A stretch of 64,000 nt of DNA from Sulfuricurvum sp. (GTDB taxonomy: Bacteria; Campylobacterota; Campylobacteria; Campylobacterales; Sulfurimonadaceae): the NCBI GenBank assembly GCA_030693335.1, contig JAUYAU010000001.1:13796-77795 (forward strand), given 5' to 3'. A program made the position numbers and the translations under genes. Positions 1 to 8,764 of the stretch are shown here, one piece after another; position 1 is the stretch's first letter; each line of letters begins with the position of its first letter. The notes below the pieces were generated by a model. That model did no database searches, was not told the origin of the DNA, and saw only the letters and a program-made list of their open reading frames with translations.

Positions 1-2
1 CG

Positions 3-563
3 CGTCTGAATCTGACGTTGGATCAGCTGTATGCCAATCGACGCAATAAGGCTTTACGTATTGCCCTTGAAAAAGCGGCAACACATGACTTTTTGACTCA
101 GCTGTACAATCGCAATTTCTTTTTTACCCAGATTCATCACATTACGGCGGATGCAATCCGTCAAAAAAAGCCTTATGGTATTTTGATGATCGATATCGAT
201 CATTTCAAACGTATTAATGATACCTACGGGCATCATGCAGGCGATACGGCGATCATTCATCTAGCCTCCATACTAAAAAATACAGCTCGAACGTCTGATT
301 ATTGTATACGCTGGGGCGGAGAAGAATTTTTGATTTTAATTCCGCATGTCAGTACGAAAGAATTAGCTCAATTTGCTGAGCGTTTGCGTACTGTAGTTGA
401 AAAATCGCCCGTTTGTGTTGTTGAGGAAAAGTTGACTTTTAATATTACGATTAGTATCGGTGGATCGGTTGGTTTGAGTGAAAATTCTCAAACTATGATT
501 TCACAGGCGGATGCATTGCTTTATGACGCAAAGAACTCAGGGCGTAATTGCGTTAAGATATGA
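3..563 (+). CDS. Diguanylate cyclase (GGDEF domain), 5'-truncated by the window edge
   Basis: Contains DIDHFKRINDTYGH and RTSDYCIRWGGEEF (RxxD I-site plus GGEEF). The frame is open from position 3, so the TTG at 18 is probably not the true start. Confidence 0.9.
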   Translation, partial: RLNLTLDQLYANRRNKALRIALEKAATHDFLTQLYNRNFFFTQIHHITADAIRQKKPYGILMIDIDHFKRINDTYGHHAGDTAIIHLASILKNTARTSDYCIRWGGEEFLILIPHVSTKELAQFAERLRTVVEKSPVCVVEEKLTFNITISIGGSVGLSENSQTMISQADALLYDAKNSGRNCVKI

Positions 564-605
564 TGGAAAATCTATGCTAAAATACGAAAAAATGATGGAG
601 GCCTC

Positions 606-989
606 GTGAAAGTAGCCGTTGCGTGCGAGTCTCCGTTATTACAGCGTTCATTGGAACTTTTTTTGGAAGGGCGTTTAAGCTCACAGCGCCATTGTGATAT
701 CGTAGTGCGGGATCGTGAAGTATATAATGATGAGCATCTGTGTTTACTTGTTGGGACATCCGAGAATGCCGATTTGCAAAAACCGTTTTCCAAAGCGCAG
801 TTGTTTCATGCGCTTGGACAAAAACTGGAGATCGTTAAACAGGAGACAGCTCCCAGTACTTCATCTTTAATCATGGATGAAGAAGAAACTCAAGTGAGTT
901 TTGACATACTGGAACGGCATATTGAAAAATTAACGCGAGAATATCAAGCAAATATTCTAAAGGCAGTACGGGCATTTTATGAAAAGTGA
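606..989 (+). CDS. Conserved Campylobacterota hypothetical protein upstream of rsmD (possible pseudo-receiver fold)
   Basis: GGAG RBS upstream of GTG; overlaps the rsmD start; same position as Cj1460-like genes; DIVVRD and KPFS motifs. Confidence 0.7.
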   Translation: MKVAVACESPLLQRSLELFLEGRLSSQRHCDIVVRDREVYNDEHLCLLVGTSENADLQKPFSKAQLFHALGQKLEIVKQETAPSTSSLIMDEEETQVSFDILERHIEKLTREYQANILKAVRAFYEK

Positions 990-1566
990 TGCACTCTTGA
1001 CGAAACGTATCATTGCGGGTAAATACAAGGGAAAAGTTCTAAAACTTCCTTCAAAAGAGACTACCCGCAGCTCCAAAGCGATTGTTCTGGAATCTTTTTT
1101 TAATACGCTGCAATTTGATGTTATTGACTCGATAATGGTTGAAGTGTTTTCGGGAAGCGGTTCGATAGGTTTGGAAGCACTCAGCCGGGGAGCCAAGAAA
1201 ATTATCTTTATGGAAAAAGATCGTGATGCCATCAAAGCACTTCGCAGTAACATAGAACAAACGGACAAAAGTGCGTGTGAAGTTTATGAAGGTGACAGTT
1301 TTACCAATATCACGCAGGTCGTAAAACGGCTCGGGTCTTTAGGAGAAAGTGCCTTTATTTATGTTGACCCTCCTTTTGCATTTCGAGAGGGGATGGAAGA
1401 AATTTATGAAAAAATGCTGCTGATGATCGCTTCTTTGCCTTTGAATGTGGTTCAACTCATTACTATTGAGCATATGAGTATGTTGGAACTACCTGATTCC
1501 ATAGGTGAATTTAACCGTATTAAGTCCAAACGCTTTGGAAAAACTTCTCTTACCTATTACGCCTGA
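979..1566 (+). CDS. rsmD: 16S rRNA (guanine966-N2)-methyltransferase
   Basis: IIAGKYKG N-terminus, EVFSGSGSIGLEALSRGA SAM-binding motif, YVDPPF motif. Confidence 0.92.
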   Translation: MKSDALLTKRIIAGKYKGKVLKLPSKETTRSSKAIVLESFFNTLQFDVIDSIMVEVFSGSGSIGLEALSRGAKKIIFMEKDRDAIKALRSNIEQTDKSACEVYEGDSFTNITQVVKRLGSLGESAFIYVDPPFAFREGMEEIYEKMLLMIASLPLNVVQLITIEHMSMLELPDSIGEFNRIKSKRFGKTSLTYYA

Positions 1567-1591
1567 TTTTCTTCTCACAAGCCTTTAAAAC

Positions 1592-1608
1592 TTGGAACAA
1601 TGTTTGCT
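1592..1608 (+). promoter_or_regulatory. Sigma-54 (RpoN) promoter of the flgI operon
   Basis: TTGGAACAATGTTTGCT gives GG(1594-95)-N10-GC(1606-07), matching the Campylobacter/Helicobacter -24/-12 consensus, about 30 nt before the flgI ATG. Confidence 0.85.
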
Positions 1609-1636
1609 ATATCTTTGCATATAGTAAAGGATATCG

Positions 1637-2683
1637 ATGAAATTACTGGCTCTTTTTTTCCTCTTATTTAGCTCATTACACGCAACACGTATCAGTGAAG
1701 TAGCCAATATAGTGGGCGTTCGCGATAATCAAATTATTGGTTATTCTCTGGTCGTTGGTTTGAAAAAAACCGGTGACGGTACGACGTCTAGATTTACTCT
1801 TCAATCTATTGCGAATATGCTTAGGGCTATGAATATCGATATGAATCCTAGAGATATCATGTCTAAAAACGTTGCGGCGGTTGTGGTGACAGCGAAGCTT
1901 GCCCCTTTTGCTCGGCAAGGTGATGCGCTTGATGTTACGGTTTCTTCAATCGGTGATGCGAAATCTTTAGAGGGTGGTACATTGCTGATGGCTCCTCTCA
2001 AAGGGGTAGACGGCAAAATTTATGCATTGGCACAAGGTCCTATTAGTATTGGTGGTATGAATGTAAGAGGGGCTGGGGCTCAATCGCATCCAACTGCTGG
2101 AGTGGTGTATGGCGGTGGTTTGGTCGAGCGTGAAATTGCTCAAGATCTTGCCCATCAAGAAAGTGCCACTCTTTCACTTAAAACGTCCAATTTTGCTAAC
2201 GCGATTGCGATTCAAAATGCGGTAAATTCTCGCTTTAACACTGATGCTGCAAATGCGCTTGATTCACGTACGGTTCTTATTAAGCGTCCAACAAATAAAA
2301 GTATGGTGGAGTTTATTGCTGAGGTTGAAAATCTTTCTATTGATTATGCGCTGGAGCAAAAAATTATTATCAATGAGCGTACGGGTACGATTGTTGCTGG
2401 TGTGGATGTAGAGGTCAAGCCGGTGGTTATTACGCAAGGTGAGATTACCGTTAAGATTCTTGCCCAAGATACGGTCTCAAAACCAAGTGGAAGCGTTACT
2501 ATGGATCAATCACTGGTTATCGGACTTAATGAAAATGAGGTCTATACTCAAAAAGGGACAACGACTGTGGCTAATATTGTCCGCTCTTTGCAAAAATTGG
2601 GAGCCAGTCCGAAAGCGATGATTTCTATTTTGCAGGCAATGAAAAGTGCCGGGGCTATCTCGGTTGAGTTGGAAGTGATCTAA
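1637..2683 (+). CDS. flgI: Flagellar basal-body P-ring protein
   Basis: Signal peptide; GVRDNQIIGYSLVVGLKKTGD, DAKSLEGGTLL and SILQAMKSAGAI motifs. Confidence 0.97.
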   Translation: MKLLALFFLLFSSLHATRISEVANIVGVRDNQIIGYSLVVGLKKTGDGTTSRFTLQSIANMLRAMNIDMNPRDIMSKNVAAVVVTAKLAPFARQGDALDVTVSSIGDAKSLEGGTLLMAPLKGVDGKIYALAQGPISIGGMNVRGAGAQSHPTAGVVYGGGLVEREIAQDLAHQESATLSLKTSNFANAIAIQNAVNSRFNTDAANALDSRTVLIKRPTNKSMVEFIAEVENLSIDYALEQKIIINERTGTIVAGVDVEVKPVVITQGEITVKILAQDTVSKPSGSVTMDQSLVIGLNENEVYTQKGTTTVANIVRSLQKLGASPKAMISILQAMKSAGAISVELEVI

Positions 2684-2967
2684 TGGATATTGCAAACGTT
2701 AATAGTCAAAAAACACTTCCGGTTATTGGCTCAAAAGATGGGGATAAAGCACTCCGAGAAAAGACCGATCAGTTTGAATCCATCATTGTAAAAATGATGT
2801 TGGATGAGGCGATGAAAGATGAAAAAAATCTTTTCAGTACGAATGATCCTGGTGATAAAATTTTTAAATCGATGTATCGCGAAGAGCTATCCAATGCGAG
2901 TGCGGGAGGATTTGGATTTTCACAAATGCTTTTTGAACACCTGACACAAAAAGGGGTGAAACATTAA
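2683..2967 (+). CDS. flgJ: Rod-binding FlgJ-like protein (single domain, no muramidase)
   Basis: QFESIIVKMML...IFKSMYREELS...GFGFSQML rod-binding signature; lies between flgI and flgM. Confidence 0.8.
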   Translation: MDIANVNSQKTLPVIGSKDGDKALREKTDQFESIIVKMMLDEAMKDEKNLFSTNDPGDKIFKSMYREELSNASAGGFGFSQMLFEHLTQKGVKH

Positions 2968-2991
2968 ATTTTTTGCAACTTTTGCCGATAT
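2965..2991 (+). promoter_or_regulatory. Sigma-28 (FliA) promoter of flgM-flgN-flgK
   Basis: TAAA(2965-68)-N15-GCCGATAT(2984-91), near-perfect sigma-28 consensus with canonical spacing. Confidence 0.85.
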
Positions 2992-3032
2992 GATGAATAG
3001 ACATCATAAACGTAAAAAAATAAGGATTTAAC

Positions 3033-3239
3033 ATGATTTCAAGCGTTAACGGCTCTCTCATCCGAGGAGCTTATCCGGAAGCAACATTGAAAAGTAAAGA
3101 GCAGGAGAAGTCTGCTCAAACTGTTACAAAACAAGGTGATACAAGCCGAATTGATGAGCTTAAGGCTCACATCGAAAAAGGGGAGTATCGGGTGGATATA
3201 GAAGCGTTGGCTAAGCGTATTGCGCACGAGCTAACCTGA
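3033..3239 (+). CDS. flgM: Anti-sigma-28 factor
   Basis: C-terminal RIDELKAHIEKGEYRVDIEALA motif; AAGGA RBS; synteny. Confidence 0.88.
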   Translation: MISSVNGSLIRGAYPEATLKSKEQEKSAQTVTKQGDTSRIDELKAHIEKGEYRVDIEALAKRIAHELT

Positions 3240-3253
3240 ATCTTTAGGAGTTT

Positions 3254-3685
3254 ATGATGTTGTCTTTCCAATTACAAAGTGCGATCAAAGAGCTAGATAC
3301 TTTGATTGCACTCTCGCTCGAAGATATTGAAAATATAAAAGAAGCTAAACATAATCCTCAGTTTGATAGGCTCTCAATAAAAGAAGAAAAAATTAAAAGT
3401 TTTGAACATAAAAAAGCGATGATTGATCACGAGATTTCAAAATTGATGACACAAGAACCTATTAAGCCTTTGAGCGAACTTTTGGACGAGGAACAACATC
3501 AGCAATTGGAGACTCTAAAATTACGTCTTAACACACTGCGTACGGTTAATCAACAATACGCAAAAATGGTTTTGAGTGTAGGGGCATTTTTCAATACGCT
3601 ATTGGAACGGATAATGCCTACACAAATGCACGGCTATAAAAGTGTGGCAACAAGAGATTCTGCATTTTTGGAAGTGAGAGCATAA
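3254..3685 (+). CDS. flgN: Flagellar export chaperone FlgN-like
   Basis: Helical 143-aa protein between flgM and flgK; AGGAG RBS. Confidence 0.7.
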   Translation: MMLSFQLQSAIKELDTLIALSLEDIENIKEAKHNPQFDRLSIKEEKIKSFEHKKAMIDHEISKLMTQEPIKPLSELLDEEQHQQLETLKLRLNTLRTVNQQYAKMVLSVGAFFNTLLERIMPTQMHGYKSVATRDSAFLEVRA

Positions 3686-3686
3686 C

Positions 3687-5561
3687 ATGGCATCTATATT
3701 TAATTCGCTTCATATTGGTTACAGTGGGCTTAAGGCTGCTCAAATCGGTATCGATACTACGGGTCATAACATCGCGAATGCTGAAACAGAAGGGTATAGC
3801 CGTCAAAGAGTTGTTACATCAGCATCTACTCCTATTAATATTACTCCAGGTGCCAGAGGCAATGGTACAACAATAACTGAAATTGTTCGTGTATTTGATT
3901 CATTTGTCAATAATCGTTACAGTGCAGCGGCACAAAACAAAGAGTATTCAGACACATTAAAAAAGAATCTAGTAGAGCTGTCTAGCTATTTTCCTGATAT
4001 TGACAATGTCGGTATTAAAGAAGATTTGAAAAATTATTTTGATTTGTGGCAATCGCTTGCATCAAATCCAAGTAATACAGCAGTAAAAGTTGCACTGGCA
4101 CAGCAAGCGCAGACTTTGACTCAGCATATTTCACAAACACAAGCAAGAATCCAAGCTTTGCAACGATCAACAGATGATCAGCTGCTGGTTAATGTTGAAG
4201 AAGTGAATCGTATTGGAGCTCAGATTGCAGAGCTGAATAGATCTATTGATGTGGCGGAGAGTGATGGTGTCAGTAATGCCAATGATTTACGAGATCAACG
4301 TGAAATGCTTTCGATGTCATTGAACAAACTTATTGGTGCTACGGTATTTTCTGGAAATTTACAAACTAATATGCCAGTTGACAGTAACATAGCAACTAAA
4401 ACAGGAAGCTATACCATACAAGTAGGCGGGTTTAATATTGTTGACGGCTCATTTTTTCATCCTATCGGTATTAACGCTAAAAGCAATGCAGGGCAATTTA
4501 ATGATATCTATTATGAGCGTCAAGACGGTGTTCAATTTCCGTTTGCCGATAAAATAACCGGTGGAAAAATCGGGGCGTTAATCGAATTACGCGGTAGTTT
4601 GATAAGCAAGGACGGTACATTCAAAGATGGTTTTTTACAAGAAACAATGAACACGTTTAACGTATTTTCAAAAGGGTTGATTGAAGCTACTAACAATCTT
4701 TATGCACAAACTGCAACCGATTCAATGCAGTCTAATGCATTGTCTTTCGGTGATACGCAAACATTGCTCAGTACAGATGAAAACTTCAAGGCCGGAACCT
4801 TTGATTTAGTAGCGTATGATATTAATGGAAATGAAGTTGCCCGAAGAAGTGTAACTATCAATGCGAGTACGGTTATCGCCAATGCGGGTGCAACAAATTT
4901 GATGAGTGATGGTGTAACACCTAACAGTATTGCACAGCAGTTACAGGCTCAAAAAGACGACACGGGCGATAACAATGCACTCAATGATATTGATGATATG
5001 ATTACGGCTACTTTTGCGAAGCCAAGCAATATTTTTACTCTTTCGATGAAAGGCAATTACGCTTCTGCCGGGTTCACTTTTTCGATTGAAGACCATGGTA
5101 CTAATTTTGCAGGCGTTACAGGAGTAAATCGTTTTTTTGATGGTAACAGTGCCAAGAACATAGAGTTGACTGCTCCTTTGCAAAAGAATGCATCTGCTAT
5201 TCGTGCATTTAAAGCTCCATCAGCGGGTGAAAATCAAACGGCATTGGATATGGTGCAGTTGCAATTTTCTTCTTTTAATTTTAAAGAAGGCTATAACAAG
5301 TCAACATCCACCACAATATATGGTTATTTTGATCTGGCAGTTACACGAGTAGGAACACGGACCAACTCAGTTATTGCTTCCAATGATACGATAACCGCAC
5401 AATTTAATGCGATTAAGCAAGAACATGACTCGATCAGTAAAGTAAGTATTGATGAAGAGATGGCGAATCTTATCCGTTACCAAACCTCATACGGGGCTGC
5501 TGCAAAAGTCATTACAACTATTGACCAGATGATGACGACCCTTTTAGGACTAAAGCAGTAA
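3687..5561 (+). CDS. flgK: Flagellar hook-associated protein 1
   Basis: GHNIANAETEGYSRQRV N-terminus; SKVSIDEEMANLIRYQTSYGAAAKVI C-terminus. Confidence 0.97.
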   Translation: MASIFNSLHIGYSGLKAAQIGIDTTGHNIANAETEGYSRQRVVTSASTPINITPGARGNGTTITEIVRVFDSFVNNRYSAAAQNKEYSDTLKKNLVELSSYFPDIDNVGIKEDLKNYFDLWQSLASNPSNTAVKVALAQQAQTLTQHISQTQARIQALQRSTDDQLLVNVEEVNRIGAQIAELNRSIDVAESDGVSNANDLRDQREMLSMSLNKLIGATVFSGNLQTNMPVDSNIATKTGSYTIQVGGFNIVDGSFFHPIGINAKSNAGQFNDIYYERQDGVQFPFADKITGGKIGALIELRGSLISKDGTFKDGFLQETMNTFNVFSKGLIEATNNLYAQTATDSMQSNALSFGDTQTLLSTDENFKAGTFDLVAYDINGNEVARRSVTINASTVIANAGATNLMSDGVTPNSIAQQLQAQKDDTGDNNALNDIDDMITATFAKPSNIFTLSMKGNYASAGFTFSIEDHGTNFAGVTGVNRFFDGNSAKNIELTAPLQKNASAIRAFKAPSAGENQTALDMVQLQFSSFNFKEGYNKSTSTTIYGYFDLAVTRVGTRTNSVIASNDTITAQFNAIKQEHDSISKVSIDEEMANLIRYQTSYGAAAKVITTIDQMMTTLLGLKQ

Positions 5562-6355
5562 TGTTCTATAGCAGTGTCGTTCTGCTCTCAGGCGTCATCC
5601 TTTTTTCTTTTTTTGGCAATTATTTTTATTCTTTAGACCCCTCTCATCTTGATAAAAACAGTATTTTGCTTTCCCCATCATGGGAACATTGGCTTGGTAC
5701 GGATAGATTAGGACGCGATTTACTTGCTCGTTTGCTAGAAGGGGGGAAAGTTTCGTTAATTATTGGATTTGTCAGTGCATTGCTGTCTACATTTATTGGT
5801 CTTTTGTACGGGGTTAGTGCGGCATTGCTGCGAGGTGGTTTTGATAAGTTTTTTATTGTCATTGTGGACTTGTTTTTAACTTTTCCAACGCTCTTTTTAC
5901 TCCTTACCCTTGTTAGCTACGTAAATGCCTCTGTATGGGTATTGATACTTATCATATCAATTACGGGATGGATGGGGACAGCACGTTTGATCCGATCAGA
6001 GAGTTTTGCGATTGCCTCCAAGCCATTTATCCGTATTTTGCATATTGCTCATGTGAATCCGTTCAAAATCATCTTCAAGTATTATGCTCCATTACTTGCA
6101 CCAATCGTTTTGGTAAGCTTTACTTTTGCTGTTGGGGGAGCAATTTTGGCAGAATCGGGACTCTCATTTTTAGGGCTTGGGATTGTTGCGCCTCAAATGA
6201 GTTGGGGGAGTATTCTCAGTAATGGAAAAGAGGTCATTGATATCGCCTGGTGGGTGAGTTTCTTCCCAGGGCTTATGATCTTTATTGTTACCTTTTCACT
6301 GATGAACATTTCCAATACTTTGCAAGCACGGTTGAATCAAAAAGAGGTGAGGTAA
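5561..6355 (+). CDS. Oligopeptide/dipeptide ABC transporter permease (OppC/DppC family)
   Basis: PSWEHWLGTDRLGRDLLARLL, EAA-like loop, ESGLSFLGLG...WGSILS; start overlaps the flgK stop (TAATG). Confidence 0.88.
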   Translation: MFYSSVVLLSGVILFSFFGNYFYSLDPSHLDKNSILLSPSWEHWLGTDRLGRDLLARLLEGGKVSLIIGFVSALLSTFIGLLYGVSAALLRGGFDKFFIVIVDLFLTFPTLFLLLTLVSYVNASVWVLILIISITGWMGTARLIRSESFAIASKPFIRILHIAHVNPFKIIFKYYAPLLAPIVLVSFTFAVGGAILAESGLSFLGLGIVAPQMSWGSILSNGKEVIDIAWWVSFFPGLMIFIVTFSLMNISNTLQARLNQKEVR

Positions 6356-6358
6356 AGA

Positions 6359-6562
6359 CTATCGCTGTTTTAACATGGCCTCCGCATTAGCCATTGCATA
6401 GGGCCATGGCAGATCGACAGAGTCGCATGATGTTTCCAAGCATTCTCCGCACCCTTTGCCGATATCTCCCTTTTCTTTGATAACTTCAGGATCATTTCCA
6501 TATTTTTGTACTAAATCAACTATATCATCCAAGGTGACATTTTGGCAGATGCAGACGGTCAT
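6359..6562 (-). CDS. BFD-like (2Fe-2S)-binding protein
   Basis: VCICQNVT...GKGCGEC four-Cys pattern. Confidence 0.8.
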   Translation of the reverse strand: MTVCICQNVTLDDIVDLVQKYGNDPEVIKEKGDIGKGCGECLETSCDSVDLPWPYAMANAEAMLKQR

Positions 6563-7740
6563 CTCAGCACATGTCCCACAAATTTAGACATGTTATTGAG
6601 GATTTTACTGCCACGTCTAAATCCCAAACCACAGGCTTCATAGGCAAAAAAGACACCTGCTTGATAGCTGTTTGCCTGAGCGTCTTTTGGCAGTTCAACG
6701 TACTCTTGATAAATCGCTTTGAAATTGCCGTAGGGCCCGTCATTTTCTTCTACCGTGTTGCCTGATGCATCCAGGATACGTATATTGGCACCTTCACGTC
6801 CAAACACCCTTTTTTCAACATATGCAGTCCCTTTTAATGGCTCAAAGGAAGTTTTGAGAAGATAGGGAGAATCAGGAAAAAGGTCGCAAAGAATTTTCAG
6901 CATCCCTTTGGATTGAAATAACAGGGTATAGGCAGGGTTGATGATAATCGCTTTTTGATTGGTAACAATGGAGCTCAGTAAACCCGCGAGTTCCGGTTCA
7001 TCAATGGCAATGTCTTCCCATGGGAAAAGTTTAAACCAGTATTCATAAGAGTTATCTTCACTGTCGTATATTCCCTCATCATCAAATTTGACACCGCCCA
7101 TAGATTCAAATCCTGTTTCAAATCCTGTATCAATTGCCATTTGCTGTAGTAATCGTACTGTTTGTTCTTCTTCAATGTTATCGTTGATGGAACTAAAAAG
7201 TATCTTCCATCCGTCGTAGTGTTCATCGAAGGTTTGCGTATCATCAAAAAGAGTAACAAGTCTGCGGAAGTTATCACTGATCGCTTCATACACATTGTTG
7301 AACTGACGCTCTTCATCCATTTTATTGTGCTTGAGAATGGCCCATTGCAAAATAGCAGTTTCAAAAAGGGATGTTGGCGTGTCTGCATTGAATTCGATGA
7401 GTTTGATCGGTTTACCGTCAATCCCTCCTGCGAGGTCAAAACGACCATATAAATGCCAATGTACATCGTTGTCCCAGCTTTTTTTGATCAATTCGATGAG
7501 GTTAAATGGGATGCCCAGTTCGAAGAAGAGATTATTGTCGATGACGTGCTGTGCTGCGGCAGTGTACATCTCATACAGCTCGTTAACTGCCTCATAATAG
7601 GCTTCTGCTTCTTGATCCGTTACGAGAACGAGTTCATCGGCTACGTATTTGCTTTGATCGCTGTCGGTGTGCCAATGAAAGCCAATGGTTTCCAGCACGG
7701 TATCGTTGATGGGTTGTATTTTTTGCAGGGTTACCATCAT
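6559..7740 (-). CDS. Glutathionylspermidine synthase family ATP-grasp ligase (Cj0372/HP0233-like)
   Basis: YGRFDLA, KLIEFNADTPTSLFE, FKLFPWE, FQSKGML and KRVFGREGANI motifs. Confidence 0.9.
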   Translation of the reverse strand: MMVTLQKIQPINDTVLETIGFHWHTDSDQSKYVADELVLVTDQEAEAYYEAVNELYEMYTAAAQHVIDNNLFFELGIPFNLIELIKKSWDNDVHWHLYGRFDLAGGIDGKPIKLIEFNADTPTSLFETAILQWAILKHNKMDEERQFNNVYEAISDNFRRLVTLFDDTQTFDEHYDGWKILFSSINDNIEEEQTVRLLQQMAIDTGFETGFESMGGVKFDDEGIYDSEDNSYEYWFKLFPWEDIAIDEPELAGLLSSIVTNQKAIIINPAYTLLFQSKGMLKILCDLFPDSPYLLKTSFEPLKGTAYVEKRVFGREGANIRILDASGNTVEENDGPYGNFKAIYQEYVELPKDAQANSYQAGVFFAYEACGLGFRRGSKILNNMSKFVGHVLR

Positions 7741-8321
7741 CAGCCTCCAAAGCTGCTGGATGAGCTACTGCTTCTTGAGCCGGAGTTTCCAAAAAAGCTT
7801 TTTTTAGAACTTCCGTTAGAGGCTTTACTTCCGCTTTGATTGGCCGAGCGATGATAGGCTGATTTATTGGAAGCATCTTGATTTTTACGGAAATTGGTGT
7901 TATTCATAAGGCTATTAGCAATCATATTACCCAGTAATGCTCCACCTGCGGCAGCAAGAATGGTTCCGCCAAGGCCAAGTCCTTCACTCTTTGGTTCTGA
8001 GTTCAGTTCTGATTTGCCTTCTTGCATTTTTTTGTACTCTTGATCAGCAAGTGCTTTCATCTCTCCTTCGGTCATAACCCGTTCATGTACGGTACCGTTT
8101 TCGTCTGTTTCATGAATAATAGCTCGGCTTGGACCCGTTGTTGGCATCTCTTCGATAACAACGTATTTACCATTTGGCTGTTGTTCTACAACGAGAAATT
8201 TATTGGGTGCTTCAGCATTTTGGCTCTCTTCTTGTGAGCTTTGGCAACCGCTAAGGGCACTTAAGACAGCTAAACCCGCTGTTCCCATAATAACTTGTTT
8301 GGCACTGACGATATGTTTCAT
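7740..8321 (-). CDS. UPF0323 family lipoprotein (Cj0371/HP0232-like)
   Basis: True start at 8321 (AGGA RBS), not 8582; LSGC lipobox; GLGLGGTILAAAGGALLGNMI segment; Ser/Gly-rich tail ending SSSFGG. Confidence 0.85.
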   Translation of the reverse strand: MKHIVSAKQVIMGTAGLAVLSALSGCQSSQEESQNAEAPNKFLVVEQQPNGKYVVIEEMPTTGPSRAIIHETDENGTVHERVMTEGEMKALADQEYKKMQEGKSELNSEPKSEGLGLGGTILAAAGGALLGNMIANSLMNNTNFRKNQDASNKSAYHRSANQSGSKASNGSSKKSFFGNSGSRSSSSSSSFGG

Positions 8322-8331
8322 TGAAATTTTC

Positions 8332-8760
8332 CTAACGTAATTTTTTAATTTTAGAGGTTGAAAGGTAATAAATAGAAGAAGGTGAAGCCTCATAGAGACC
8401 TGCATCGTCTTCGATAATAAGATCGCTTTTTTCTTTACAATAATTCGGGTCATACCCTTTGCCACTCTCATTGGCCGAAGTAGAATAGAGCCATCCGTAC
8501 CGCTCAATGAACCGTGCATGTTCGGACTCTCCAACATATCGAAATGCCTGATTTTTGATAACAAAAGTGGTTCTGCGTGCATGACGGACCCAAGTTCGAT
8601 GCTTTAAAGGGATACGTGTATGTTGTGTCATCTGCTTAAATGAAGAGAAAACTTTTAAAAATGGTTTATTTTCCGGTCGCCCTTTTGCGCGGGCGAGAAG
8701 GGATTCATCTTGAGAGAGAAATCCGACAGTGGTGTCAGTTTGCGCAAGAATAAGGTGCAT
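8332..8760 (-). CDS. Short Sua5/YrdC (TsaC-like) family protein
   Basis: LAQTDTTVGF, KGRPENKP, LYSTSANESG and PSSIY motifs of the YrdC fold. Confidence 0.8.
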   Translation of the reverse strand: MHLILAQTDTTVGFLSQDESLLARAKGRPENKPFLKVFSSFKQMTQHTRIPLKHRTWVRHARRTTFVIKNQAFRYVGESEHARFIERYGWLYSTSANESGKGYDPNYCKEKSDLIIEDDAGLYEASPSSIYYLSTSKIKKLR

Positions 8761-8764
8761 GGAT

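Noticed and set aside
3687-5561. flgK without flgL
   Set aside because: flgL is typically elsewhere in Campylobacterota; the cluster matches the known flgI-J-M-N-K order.
7741-7830. Low-complexity AGCAGT/AGCTCA-type tract as a DNA tandem repeat
   Set aside because: It simply encodes the Ser/Gly-rich lipoprotein tail; there is no exact repeat unit.
8322-8582. 87-codon N-terminal extension of the UPF0323 lipoprotein given by the ORF track
   Set aside because: It overlaps the Sua5/YrdC gene; the ATG at 8321 has an AGGA RBS and yields a normal lipoprotein signal peptide.
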